Shown here: positions 25,960 to 39,869 of the stretch, one piece after another
Numbering within the stretch: the stretch's first letter is position 1
Layout: every line of letters begins with the position of its first letter
Origin: Octopus sinensis
Lineage: Eukaryota
Length of the DNA stretch: 64,000 nt
Assembly (NCBI RefSeq): GCF_006345805.1
Contig: NC_043001.1
Span: 4,030,001 to 4,094,000 of the forward strand
Direction of reading: 5' to 3'
Notes under the pieces: generated by a model
Seen by the model: only the letters and a program-made list of their open reading frames with translations
Told to the model about the DNA's origin: nothing
Databases searched by the model: none
Translations under genes and position numbers: made by a program

Positions 25960-26590
25960 CTTTCTTAACCCTTTTTACTTCATTCAGTTATTAGACTGTT
26001 GCCATTCTGGGGCACCGCCTTGCAGAAATTTTAGTTGAATGAATCGAGTACTTATTATTTTAAGCCTAGTATTTCTTCTATCGGTCTCTTTCACTGAACC
26101 TCTATGTCATGTGGTCGGAAGCCATCTTCTTACCACACAACTACGCGTCAAATAAGAGTGGTTTATTCACCATTATTCTAGGTTGTTAAGTGTCGAGGTG
26201 GCGGAATCATTTGCATGCCCAACAAAATGCTTGCGGCATTTCTTCCGACTTTACGTAGTGTGTTCAAATCCCACCGAATTCGAATTTGCAATTCAGGTTG
26301 GATAAACTAAGTACCACAGAAATCGAGTAAACACTTCCCAGAAAACCTCAAAACTTGTGCCTAGGGTAGAAAGGATTATTTCTAGGATATAATCGAGGGA
26401 GCTGGCAAAACCGTTAAGAGAACAACACAAGATGTTTAGCAGCATTTCTTCCAGTTTTACTGAGTTGAATGAAATTCCGCCGAGGTCGACTTTGCCTGTC
26501 ATCTTTTTAGATGGGATAAATAAATTATTAGTAGCACACTGGAGTCAATATTTTAAGCTTACTCCTTCCCATCTTATTCCCATATTAAGG
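25960..26590. mobile_element. SINE cluster: diverged second-family copy (-, 25960-26145) and two CORE-type copies (+, 26190-26590)
   Basis: Recognisable heads (gttcaaatcc, gaaattccgccgaggtcgactttgcc) and tails. Confidence 0.75.
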
Positions 26591-27547
26591 AAGAACTAAA
26601 AGACCTTGTTATTAGCTTTTAATTTGCGGAATCGAGGACGCAGATGTTGTAAAAAATTTAGAGAGATGTTTAATGGGTTCTAAGTTAAAGATGTTGAATA
26701 ACTACAGAGAAATTCTGTTTTTTACCTTAAAGCACAGACAATGTAGTAAATGTTAATAGATCGCTGATATTAAAATCGAGAGCTTGAGTGCAAACAGAAG
26801 GAATTTTTAAACTATCGATTATATACTAAGATGAACAAAGCAAGTGCAATGCATATTCAAAAGTTTAAACGCTGATATGTTATATCGTGAATTTTTAAAG
26901 TTCTTTAAATTGGAATCATAGTCTTTATTTTGAAATTTTTAAAGAAATACGCAATTTAGAAATTTCCGTAATGTAACATTGCTTGCTAAAATGTTTACAT
27001 TCTTTTTTAGCATTCTACTAACGTTGTTAGTAGAAGCAGTCGGATACAGAAACATGAATTTGTGTTTCACATTGTTATCAACAGGACATTCTTTATCTGC
27101 AACACAAAACATTTAGAAAAGCCTCTATAGTGTACCTGGAACTATTAAGCAAATCAGAAATTATAACTCAACATCCACAATTGGAAGATAGAAATGAATA
27201 ATTGAAATCTATATATTTCTAAATGTGAACATAATTCACAATCTGATTACTTCTTCAGATGTTTCATAACCAACAAAACTCCCAACTTTCCAATGAAACA
27301 TCCCTTCTACTATAAATAATACCATAATCTAAGAACGTCTTTTACTATACATGAATAGTGATGACATATTTAATTTCGTAATCCGTTTAAGTGAGGTTGG
27401 TAGGAGTGGCGTATGAAAGATAAGATTTCATAAAAAAAACACAAGGTTTCTTTCTATCATCGGACAACATCGAAGATGGTTGAAAATGATTCCTGTCTGT
27501 TGTACTCAAACAAACAAGAACCAGTGAGGAACTGGTGTCGATAATAA

Positions 27548-27742
27548 TTGAATTTACAGTTCTATATTTAAGAGATGAGGAATTATTTACATTATTTACA
27601 TTTGACGGATATTTGTCTTCATCTTGTTTGTTAACGAAAAGTTTCGGCTGATATAACCCACAGCCTTCATCAGGTGTCTTGGGGAAATTTAGAACCTGAG
27701 TTCTCATTCGTAGGGTATTTTTTCACTGTTGTTGTTATTCTA

Positions 27743-27782
<40 letters not shown>

Positions 27783-27875
27783 TCACTGAATGGGATCGAA
27801 CTCGGAATCTTTGGGTTAGTAGCCCACGCTCTTAACCACTACACCATATGCCCGTCAAATGTAAATAATGTATTA
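27548..27875 (-). mobile_element. tRNA-headed SINE carrying a PLE-type hammerhead and tail
   Basis: Head 27853-27781 (A box TGGTGTAGTGG, stem GTGGG/CCCAA with CT-ACT-AA loop, B box GAGTTCGATCC), then (AAT)n, then GACAC-CUGAUGA-A-GGCUG/CAGCC-GAAAC at 27678-27641, then a tail ending cctcatctcttaaatatagaactgta. Confidence 0.75.
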
Positions 27876-30629
27876 TTGAATTTATACTCACCTAAAATTT
27901 AATTAATCTTTTCTTAATTGGTAAGGGTAGAATAACGACATCGTATTGCATTAGTATGTCTAATTTAATGGGCCACTATTATTTGAATATGTTACAACTT
28001 AGTTCCATGAGCTTAGTTACGATCCTCAGTATTATGTGTTTCACTCCTAACTAGATCGGATGTGTATTTTCATCATTCCTCAGAGCATGAAATAATACAA
28101 GTTGCATACGCGATCCATTTAGTTGAATGTTGCATATCTGGAATTTCTGATCATGGGATGACTCAAGAAAAACATAATCTGTCGGCTAAAATGATATTAC
28201 ACGATTTGTCTAAATGCCAGGTTATTTCTAATTTCGTTTCTCACCTTGTCAATTGGAAAATATATATGTAAACCATCATTGTCAGTATACAAACGTTCAA
28301 ATTTAACCATTTCTCAGTAGTGTATAAAAACCGGCACACAACATTAATCGATTTTCGACACTTAGAGTCTAATCATCGGAGTTATACATCAAATGATGAA
28401 CTCCAATTTAAGAAGATCAAGTGAGATGTAGACAGCAGTGAAGGGGAACTGCGTACCTGCTGTCATTCGATATCATGAAATTAAGTAAAATAGAGATGAG
28501 AAAGAACGTGTGAGCTTACTGTATCGAATCAGATTACAACACTGTATTTCGGAATGTTTATGGACACTCAACGTTAATAAAAATATTACAATATTTTAGG
28601 AAAAGCAAGGATATTTAATCGAAATAATTATCAACATTGCTGCTAAATTAGTCATGAAGCCTGAGATGTAAGGGGAAAATAGATAAATGGTACGAACATG
28701 ATAGTTTAAATCGTGAACCTGGATAGTCTACGCATGGTTTTATTTTATGTATCTGAGAGTAGATCGGTTTATATGAACGATGTACACCTATCTGGCGTTA
28801 TTGGAAGGCACTGTGACAGCAACTACATTTTTTTAGTTTGTAATTAAGTTCAATGATAGCAAGCTTTACACGTATACTAAAGACATATAGTATGGATAAT
28901 CCCTACACCCAAAGCCTTCGACGTTGACTGCTTAAAAATCTTTAAACTTCCAAATATGTTCACCTTCTGATGTCAAATAAATATGCAGAAATAAACCAAA
29001 TCACCTTCAGTGTTTTCTATGTTTCTCAATTCATAATTATTATTTTGAAGTCTTCAGCTTCAGATCAAACGCACCAAAAATATTTCTGACGCCATTTTTT
29101 GTTATTTTCACAAATATTTTCTTTGAATATCGATGCAGAAAATAACGTACACATATGGAATAAAGTTATAGTATTTTCATATAAGATGTTTTTCTTCATA
29201 TATGATGTTATGCAATTACACTCAGCACTATTTTGCACCAAAACACGAGACCTCAGTAAGGGGTAATATGATCTTGAAATTTTTTTGCGTTTCTAAAGGC
29301 ATTAGCAACATATGGGAAATGACTGCTGCTCTTAATTAGAATCGTACTCAACTTACCAATTATCTCTCCCACTTGGATATCAGCAGCAAGTAATTCCCAT
29401 TACTCTGGCTGAAATATTAATTTCCTAACTCTACTACGAACATTTGCTTCAAAAATTTCTTCAATTAGAAGAATTATCAGCAGATGTTTGACCGTTTTTT
29501 TTTTTTTGTGTGTGTTGCATTGAAAACAATGATCTCAACTGACTTAATTTCTGATATATTGTTCGCAATGACGTTAATGTCAACAACTCTTCTTGTCTTT
29601 TTATCTTCCACTACACTGACACAGCAGGTGCAATGCCTAAAAAGTTTAAAGCGAATATAATTTCAAGTAATGTTTGTGTTTGAGAGAAACTTGCTAGTTC
29701 TAGGTAAAAATTCTTAACCAATAGACGCTTCAATTTATTTCTAAAAACTAAAATTAGAAAATAGTAAATCATTTTGAAATGGAACTATCTCAGTCTCCAT
29801 ATCATATGTTTGAAATTTATATAAAATATCAAATCATTTGCCCAAATTCTAACTACATAACTTTATTTCAGAATTCTTTAATAAAAACACAGTCAGACAG
29901 TTTTAAGTAGAAATTATGGAATATCATATCTGATGTATTTTCTAAGAGATTAATGTTTACATTTGTAAATGAAGGAGAGATGTCATTTCAAACAATGGTT
30001 TATATTGAAATGACACTAAGTGAGAGACATTGCAAAAAATATATACTCTTCGCATATTTTCCAAGACCTCTCCAATTCCAGTGTGTATTTCAAAGTTTTC
30101 GTGTCACAGAAGTAATGAATGTTTTATAAAATCGCATAAAGCCGGACAATACTTTCCAAAATATATTTTCATTAAATATAATCAGAATCCATGCGAATGT
30201 CCAAGCGTCATTCTATTTTTACCATTAATACACACGCACACGAGCACACACATATTACTTGATCATTACCAAGAGGCTTTCTGAAACGCGGTGATATCCT
30301 TTCTCTTGGATAACTTCTCAAAATCTTCGCCGAAACAGTGATCTTCCTCGATCTTTGTGATAACTGATCATCATTTGATATATTTATCTCTGCTGTTTCG
30401 TTATCTCTGTCTCACCAATGCTGCTTATAGTGAGCTCCTCATTATTCATACCTGCATTGTTATTTTCTGGAGTCCAAAGCCTGAATTCCATGACTATTCA
30501 CGCTACAAGGCCTAAAGAAGACGAGTTTGTTGCTCCAGTCTATAATTGAAGTGTTTTCCAGCGGATGATTCAAGTAAATTCAGATGCTGATTTTACTCTT
30601 GTATTTTCATTATGACTATTATTATTATG

Positions 30630-31292
30630 TTCAGTCTTATCTTTATCACATGTTTTCAATGAACTACTGAGCGCAGCTCTGTGTGCCTTCGGTATGTGCT
30701 GTGATTTGTTGTGATGCTCATATGGTTACTGTATTGAAAGTGTTTTACGTAGGATGTGAACAGTGCCTAGTAGTGCTATTGTATGTATGTTATATATATT
30801 AGTTAGTCCTGGTGTTTTCTTCTGTATTTGTCTGAATATTTTTCATTATACATAATGCGCACAATATGGTAGGAAATGTTTTGGCTTTAGACTCCACATT
30901 CGGCTTACCTCTGTTTGCAGGTCTTTGTATTTTGAAAGTTTCTCCATTTCTTTTAGAGAAACGTTGTCTTCTGTGGGTATTGATGCATCAGTTAGAAAGC
31001 ATATTTTTTCTTTATGATCACTGACAGCTATATCTGGCCTATTGGCCTTAATTTCTCTATCTCCCTATATTGGCATATCCCAGTGTATGGTTGCTTTCTC
31101 GTTTTCTGTGACCTTTTCTGGCGTGTGCCTAAATCATAATTTTTTTGTTTTTATCCCATAGTGTTGGCATAGTTTCCAGTGTGTGTAGGTCTCAAATCTG
31201 CAGTGTCTGTGAATATATTCCTTCTTAGCCAGGACTGGGCAGCCAGAGATAATATGATTTATTGTTTCTTGTTAATTTCCACATATTCTACA
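30630..31292 (-). pseudogene. 5'-truncated R4/Dong LINE 3' end, copy A (more diverged)
   Basis: CRICGN*QETINHIISGCPVLAKKEYIHRH...RHTPEKVTENEKATIHWDMP...RPDIAV..., homologous to copy B. Confidence 0.9.
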
Positions 31293-31335
31293 GATTATTA
31301 TTATGATAATTATTATTATTATTATTATTATTATT

Positions 31336-32148
31336 CAGTAGTTTTATTTTTATAGCGTGCTTTCACTTCACTATCGAGCGCAGCTCTGTGTGCCTTGGGT
31401 ATGTGCTGTGATTTGTTGTGATGCTCTGATGGTTATTGTACGGAAAGTGTTCTGCGTAGGATGTGTGCAGTGCCTAGTAGTGCAATTTTCTGTATGTTAT
31501 ATGTGTTTGTAAGTCCTGGTGTTTTTGTTATGTATTTGTCTGAATATTTTTTTATCATGCCTAATGCACCTACTATGATAGGAATTGTTTCTGCTTTTAG
31601 ATTCCACATTCTGGTTACCTCTATTTCCAGGTCTTTGTATTTTGAAAGTTTCTCCATTTCTTTTAGAAACACGTTGTCATCTGCCGGTATTGATACATCA
31701 ATAAGAAAGCATTTTTTTTCTTCATGATCTCTGACAACTATATCTGGTCTGTTGGCCTTAATTTCTCTATCTGTGTGTATCGGCATATCCCAGAGTATGG
31801 TTGCTTTCTCGTTTTCTGTGACCTTTTATCGTGTGTGCCTATACCATCTTTTTTCTGTTGTTATTTCATAATGTTGGCATAGCTTCCAATGTATGTAGGT
31901 TCCAACTCTGTCATGTCTGTGAATATATTCCTTCTTAGCCAGGACTGGGCAGCTAGAGATAATATGATTTATTGTTTCTTGTCCATCTCCACATATTCTG
32001 CAGTTACTTGTAATATTTCTTTTCATTACATGTTTTTGGTAATTTCTGGTCGGGAGGCTTTGGTCTTGTGCTGCAATTAAAAATCCCTCTGTCTCTGCTT
32101 TCAGTCCTGAGCTTCTCAAACATTGCTGGGATTTTTCTTTGTCTATTT
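31336..32148 (-). pseudogene. 5'-truncated R4/Dong LINE 3' end, copy B (CCHC knuckle plus RLE)
   Basis: ORFs 31826-32119 and 31433-31786 are in the same frame, separated by one stop (CGA TAA where copy A has CCA GAA). Motifs: CRICGDGQETINHIISSC, RHDRV, RPDIVV, IDVSIP, EKLSKYKDL, IPIIVGALG. Confidence 0.95.
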
Positions 32149-32217
32149 CTTATTATTATTATCATTATTGTTATTATTATAATTATTATTATATTATTAT
32201 TATTATTATTATTATTA

Positions 32218-32260
<43 letters not shown>

Positions 32261-32420
32261 GTTAATATTATTATTGCTATCATTATTATTGTTATTATTA
32301 TTATTGTTATTATTATTATTTTTATTATTATTATTATTATTGTTGTTGTTGTTGTTGTTATTATTATTATTATTATTGTTGTTGTTGTTGTTATTATTAT
32401 TATTATTATTATTGTTATTG
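32149..32420. repeat. (ATT)n/(GTT)n microsatellite
   Basis: Direct read. Confidence 0.95.
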
Positions 32421-33020
32421 ATATCATCATAACATTATCAGCCTTTTACATCTGGCCTTGTGGAAGTCTTGGACCCTTGCATAGAAAAGCAGGATTTGCT
32501 ACCTGCTGCCTACGATATCCTCCTCCTTCTCCTCTTCCTCATCATCATCAACATCATCATCATCATCATCACAATCAGCTGCAACAGTAGCCTCACACAG
32601 GAACTAATGCCTGGCAGCAATTCGTCCCGTATTTCTTTATATTCTAAGTTCCAATTCCGACGTCAACCATTCAGAGTGGACCTCATAGTCCTCCCCATCA
32701 AAATGGATGGCTTTTATGACTTTACAGTCAAATATTAGGAAAGGTTGCAATTACTATTTCTTTTATTTATTTGTCCATTATGGCTTGGACAATGGACGAA
32801 AATAAATAAGATTATTTTATTCCACATATTCCTAGCTCAAAGCTTTTTGTTTGATTCGTAATAAAGGGAAAATAGATGGTTATTTGTCAAGGGGGGTATT
32901 GTACATTTTGTTTGGTTGACACTATGTAACGTTTAATTTACAATCCAAATATTAATGACCGGTTCAGGAATTATTGCAGCTCAACACACACACACACACA
33001 CACACACACACCACACACAC

Positions 33021-33058
<38 letters not shown>

Positions 33059-33170
33059 GTTAATCCAAACATGAAAACACAAAGAGAAAACGCAACAACG
33101 CGAGGACGTGGAACAAATATAGTATTATTGGACGCTCAGAAGGAAGGGAAGAAGGAGGGTATACATATAT

Positions 33171-33230
<60 letters not shown>

Positions 33231-33292
33231 AATATACATACATACATATATACATATATATATACGTATATACATATACATACATACATATT

Positions 33293-33339
<47 letters not shown>

Positions 33340-34884
33340 ATATATATATTATATATATATATATATGCATATACATATACACATACATATATATACATAT
33401 ATACATGAATTTATATTCGAAGAAATAATACACACATATATATGTATGTATATATGTATATATGTATGTATGTATGTATGAATAATACGCATGAATTTGT
33501 TTCGCCTGGGCATGCCAAATTCTTGAATGGAAACATTACGTGATACTTCGGTCATTTCCGGTTAGGTTCCTGAATCAAATTTGCATCTTCAACATCTTTT
33601 TGATGGTGATATTAGTGCCAAGCATTGAATTATGAGGGCTGCAATCTGGGTTGAAGCTGTAGACTACCCACTAAATCTAGCAAAGATAGCTAAAATTCGC
33701 GTCCTGTCATAAAAAAGTAACAACCTATGACCGTGATAACTATTTAATCATATCATGTTGTAGACATGAATTATATTACTGGTATTTTACGTAAGCCATT
33801 GTGAAAAGCGGATAAACCGCATTGTAACTTGAGGCAAGGAAGAAGGAAACAAAAGTGTAATATATTTCGTCTGGAATGGCAACACTTGCCACCTCAGATA
33901 TTTTACACCAACATTAAACGACTCACAATATCAAGATTAATAGAATTCCTAGTTAAAAGCTGATGAAATCGGCTTATTTTTCATTCTGTTGATGTATCTT
34001 AATGAAATTATTACTTTCGGGTCATGTTGAGCAATCAGTTCAGTTTAAGAAAGTCAGCTAATTATATCGCAGATGCTGGGGTCATGTGAAGCTAATATGT
34101 TATTTTCAGTTGATTTCTAAGTATATGTAGCATATTCTAGGCCGGAAAAGCTGAAGATAATTCAATTTGGACATGAAAGTATGTTCGCTTTTATGCGTGG
34201 TCATATACAAAACAAACACTCATATATCAAAGCACATACATATATGCATGTGTGTTCGTACGTATATATATATATACACACACACATAATATATATACAC
34301 ACATACATATATATGCATAGACACCAACATTTTATATGCATATACAAACGCGCATGTACATACACAAACACACACACACATATATTAAAATACATACATA
34401 TATGAATATATACGCATATATATTTACATGTTTATATACACGCATGTATGTATGCGGAGTGCGTTTCTCTGTGTGTGAGTCTGCGTGTATATTTCTATAC
34501 GCAGGAATACATCTTAAGTTTTACACACTACGGAATATTATTTAGTACTGTGTAGTTAGATTGATGTATAGGGATTGTGTGTGTATATTCTGCGTTCATA
34601 TAATTGCATGTGCGTGAATCCTGTGCTACTCACAGTAGGATATATGAATATATATACATGAGTGTGTGTATGTATATATCAACAAACACACAATGTCACA
34701 CACACATACATATTACGTATTATATGTATATATACATATATACACACACACATATATTGAATGAGATAGATTATTCCAATGTATTTGTTATAGGAATACA
34801 TGTATTTACAGGACTTGATTTCCGAATTCCAAACCTTTTTCAGCTGTGACCCGGAAAATTCATCGTTTCAGTTTACATACATTA

Positions 34885-34918
<34 letters not shown>

Positions 34919-34929
34919 ATGTGTCTATG

Positions 34930-34998
<69 letters not shown>

Positions 34999-35984
34999 TA
35001 TGTGTGTGTGTGCGTGCGCATGCATATTCTTGAAAAAGAAACTCATAGCATAACCATGGTTGAATCATATTAAAATTTTGCAACAAACAACTAGAAGGAA
35101 AGGCAAGATGGAAAGAAAGAAAGCAGAGGTGCACACCTAGTTGAAATGGATTCACAAGTATTACTATGGCTTTCTCTACATTATTCAGTGCACATTTCCC
35201 TATCTGCTACAGATATAACAAGATTTTCAATAAAGTTGTTTGGAGCGTGGCTGGAGATCTTTCATTAGCGGTGGTTTATAAATGTGTAATCAAAACAAAT
35301 ATCTGTAAAGACGAAGCAAACAAAGGTAAAAGAAACTAACTGCTATGATATCATTAGGTGCACCACAAATGCCAAACACATATAGAATAAATGATGTGGA
35401 CGTATACACATATGAACATAGAGACAAGTATGTTTACATTTGTACAGACACACTCGTACATAGATATGTTTTATCTCTTCCTGGCTCCACTCACAAGACA
35501 GCTGCTCCGCTGGTTCACCGTCTCGTAGAATTTCTTGAAGTCTGAAACTTTGTCAATTAGTCTCTTTTATAGATGTGTTAAATTACCGGGACATATAAAA
35601 ACAAACACCGGTTAAGTGATGGTTGGGAGAAATATAAGTACACACACATACAACTAAATAAGCACAACCCCACACACATACATACATAGATATATCAATA
35701 CAAACACATACACACACATACAAACATATATGTATTCGTATACACAACAACCTCTGCTGCTATAAAGCAATTTTTTCAACATATCGAATTTCGAAACGAG
35801 AAATCGTTGCAACCATCTACATTAATAAACCTCTATTCTTCCTGAAAGTTGAATATTTTTACACTCTCTAAGGACTTGTCGAAGACTATCACCTCCTTAG
35901 TCCTTCATCCTTGGACTTTACATTTACATGTGTATATATATATATATATATGCACACACACACACACACATATATATATATAGT

Positions 35985-36180
35985 GAGAATTTACAAACAA
36001 AAAACAAAAGACGAATTTGTGTGTGTAAGCAACAATCAGTTGTATTAGTTTAACGCTCGGGAAGTGAGAAAGTCTTTTATGTTTCGAGCTTACGCTCTAA
36101 GATGGAAAGGAACACAGAAATAAATAGGGAGAGGAAATAGAAAAAGGTTTAGTGGCTAGCGAACTATCATGGTGATATAT
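35985..36180 (-). mobile_element. PLE-type tail fragment with broken hammerhead remnant
   Basis: Minus strand reads ...GAGC-GUAA-GCUC-GAAAC-AU; the related piece at 18500-18545 reads CUGUUGAU-GAGC-AUAA-GCUC-GAA. Starts next to (TA)n. Confidence 0.45.
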
Positions 36181-36868
36181 ATTTTGACAGCCAGTAATTA
36201 AGATGCAAAATCACTCAATAATCATTGCACAGAATCATATTTATTAATTTCTTTTTAGAGGGTACCGTCATTATCTTAGAATTCACGGAATTCTTGCCCA
36301 TTGACAACAGCGTTGCTGATGTAACATCACTTTAAATTTCTTGGAATATTTTCCAGTATGGATTTGTTGTGTAGATCTCATGATTTTAGTAGGATGAGTA
36401 ATTCAGGAAACTTGTGTAATTCCTTGACGTAAAGGATGAACATTTTTCTTAAGGAAAAAAAAAAAATCATTGTTTAGCCTGAAGGTAAATTCGGACTACT
36501 GCTCCATTTGAAATTGAAAGAAAATCAAAAATATCTGTTTGGCATGATGGTAAAAGCTTTACTTTACACGTCTTGCTAAATTTATGGCTAATAACAGACT
36601 AGTCGTTTCGTCGCAGGGAAGGCGTAATCGTATGTAATTATTGGAACACTTTAAAATTAGGCCTGATTTTATGTTTTGTGACTCTCATTAAACCATGACT
36701 CGTCAGAAGATTCTGTGTTCAACTATGTTGAACGTTAAAATCTCATACCAAAAAAAAAAAAATGATTTAACATCTTGAAGTTCATATGTCCTTGTATATT
36801 TCTCCTCGCCGCTATAAGATTGTAATTTAAGGTCATTCATACACACACGCATATCCGTACACACGCAA

Positions 36869-36904
<36 letters not shown>

Positions 36905-37179
36905 ACAGATTCTCTCTCCCTTCCACATAGACACGTATACATATCCAACCCTTTATATATATATTGAAAATACACTGGGTCTCTTTTAGACAGTTTGTTT
37001 TAAAAAGCTTAACAGGTTTCATAGATTTTGCTGATTTTGAAACGCTAAAGGAGTTAGAAAGCCATGGGCCCATCTTGCATCTATCTTACTTCTGACTGAC
37101 TTCGAAAAGCTCTTGTGTAGATGGAGTGAATATGCTTGAAATTAATATTTCTAGAGTTAATTAATTAGTTAGTTAGATG

Positions 37180-37214
37180 GATAGATAGATATATAGATAG
37201 ATAGATAGATAGAC

Positions 37215-37312
<98 letters not shown>

Positions 37313-37330
37313 GGTAGGTAGATAAGGTAG
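37180..37330. repeat. (AGAT)n microsatellite
   Basis: Direct read. Confidence 0.95.
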
Positions 37331-38665
37331 ACATACAGATAGATAGATGAACAGAATGATAGAATGATAGATTTACACATAATATAGATATAAATGTAAA
37401 TAAATATATGTGTAAATAGCCTGTATGTACGTAAAAACAATTCTCTATTCACGCATTTATGCATATCTGCATGCTCATATATATTATAGACACCCTCAAA
37501 TACGCACGCGCGGAGGCAAACACATACATTCGTTAATATATGCATACATACACACATATAAATATATAGATACGTACGTATATCCATGCATACATACATA
37601 TATACCACACACACACACAGATTTGTGTTACTCATGCTATGGTTGAGGAGAATTAAAACTGAAGTGATCATAATATCTCGTTAATGTATCATGGAATATA
37701 GAAATTTCGCACGTTTCATCAAGAGCACACAACAGACTTGTAATTAAAATAATATATGACATTTTCAGTGTATTTCTGTATCTCTTTTACACCACATTCC
37801 CATTCTTTACGAGGCTTATTGCAGATATGTAGTTAAGTAAACGTGAAGGGCATTCACGCTTTACACTTAAATTTAATGTTTAAATGATTTCAGTCTCCAC
37901 TGCGTACACAACAGGTATGCGGTTGTGAGTTACATAAAATGTTTTTAATGTCGTCAGTTTTTGACTTTTATATAAGTAATCTATCAGATCAAATGTCGTT
38001 GTACGGAGGTTTAATATGGAATAAGAACAGAAATTCTCATTTCAGTAGTTAATGGAATATTTAAACCACATTAGTTGCTTTAATGATAGACAGCAACCTT
38101 ATGGTTAAAATAACTTGCTGAAGCGTTTTAGAGTAATCAATACGTGCCTCCTATATCAACATTATATTTGGGTTTTAATGTAAAAGATACCCGTCCTACG
38201 GAGAGGGGAAATTACGTGAGAGTAGAAATGAGTGTTGGAAGCTTTCATTGAAAATTGAAATTACGAAAGCTGCATTAACGATGGATATCTTTATCGAGAC
38301 TGAAATAAACACGATGAATTTTCAAGAGATTGTTATGTATTTTTCGCACAAACGGCAAAATATCCGCAAAAACAAAAATCGGAATATGATTAGTTAACAG
38401 TATAGAGCCATTTATTTGATTTATGATATATAAAAAACCGCTAGATTATGAGCCAAAAACCTGTGATGTTTCGATGTTTTCTGTATCATACGAAAGCAAA
38501 CAAGTTCGCTGTTGCTAATGAAGCTACAAGTTAATAAATACATAAATGATTATTATTTTTGTTCATATATACAAACATGTATATGTATATATGTATGTAT
38601 ATATACATACTTATATTTATATATTTATATATATCTATATCTATATCTACATCTCTCTCTCTCTC

Positions 38666-38739
<74 letters not shown>

Positions 38740-39869
38740 CAGACACACACGTAAGCTCAAGAACCCACGCATACACATACACACGCATACATGCCCATTT
38801 AATAGACATGAAACATCAGTATGCGTATCATAAACCGTGTCAGCAGCATGGTTGTCGGAGATTTCTCGACAGTTATCGATGAAACCGCCAGCAATATCTC
38901 CTGTTCAAATCAATTGATGAAAATTTTAAAATTATGCTGTAGCCGAAAGTTATATCTCGCCAAGAAACGTGAAGACCATATTCGAAGAACGTTTAAGTAT
39001 ATTAACTCGTTCTATTTCGAAGGTCAATCGATTTTATTGCTGTAAAAATTATCATAATTTACACTGTAAATTTATTTCGAGAATAAAATGGAGGAACGCA
39101 CAAAGAATATACATTTACACTCATCCACATATGTGTCTGTGTGTTTATATATATCCACTCAGCTAGGGTTGTACTCTTCCATGTCGCCCCACGTAAATAT
39201 TTTTCGGGTATCGTTTATAAAGAGGTTTTAAGGAAACTGAACAGGTTTTGTTACGCTGTTTTTTTTTGGGGAATTGAAGGTGTAGCTCTTTAGTTGGAGG
39301 GTTCCTAGTAGAGACGTTGATCTCCATAAATTTTATTGGTTCTAATTTTTACAATAAGTATGGAATAGACGGAGCAATTATCAGCTCGCCTTGTTACCCC
39401 AATGTGGGGTGCTAGCAGCATCGGTATCCTACTGGGCAAAATATCGTCTTGTTCAGAGTACAAATTCCCTTTCGAGGTCGATAAAATAGATACCAGTTGA
39501 CTACTAGGGTCGATATAATAGACTTACTCCTAGCCCCAAAATTCAGGCCTTGTGTATATAACAGGAAGGATTAATACCCCCAAAACATATATACATATAA
39601 AGGCATACACATGCATACACACACAGGCATGTACATACGCACGCACGCGCGTGCATGCACCAACACACACACACACACAGACACAGACTCACACACACGC
39701 ACACACACACATACACAAAACACACTACACATATACAGTGTCTACCGGGTAAATTTCAGGGTCCACATAAATGGAAAAAGAAACACTGCCCCACGTACTC
39801 GTAAAATCTCAAATAGATTTTATGGATGGGAGATAACAGTTTAGTCTAAGAAACAAGCCAAGCTTAAAT

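Noticed and set aside
27781-27853. Functional tRNA gene
   Set aside because: Acceptor and T stems do not pair and the sequence continues into a repeat body, so it is a SINE head.
28400-28900. Possible LINE RT remnant (LYMNDV, YTYLG-like)
   Set aside because: Too degenerate to assign.
36670-36720. CUGACGA on the minus strand as a hammerhead candidate
   Set aside because: No GAAA after a plausible stem II and no stem I.
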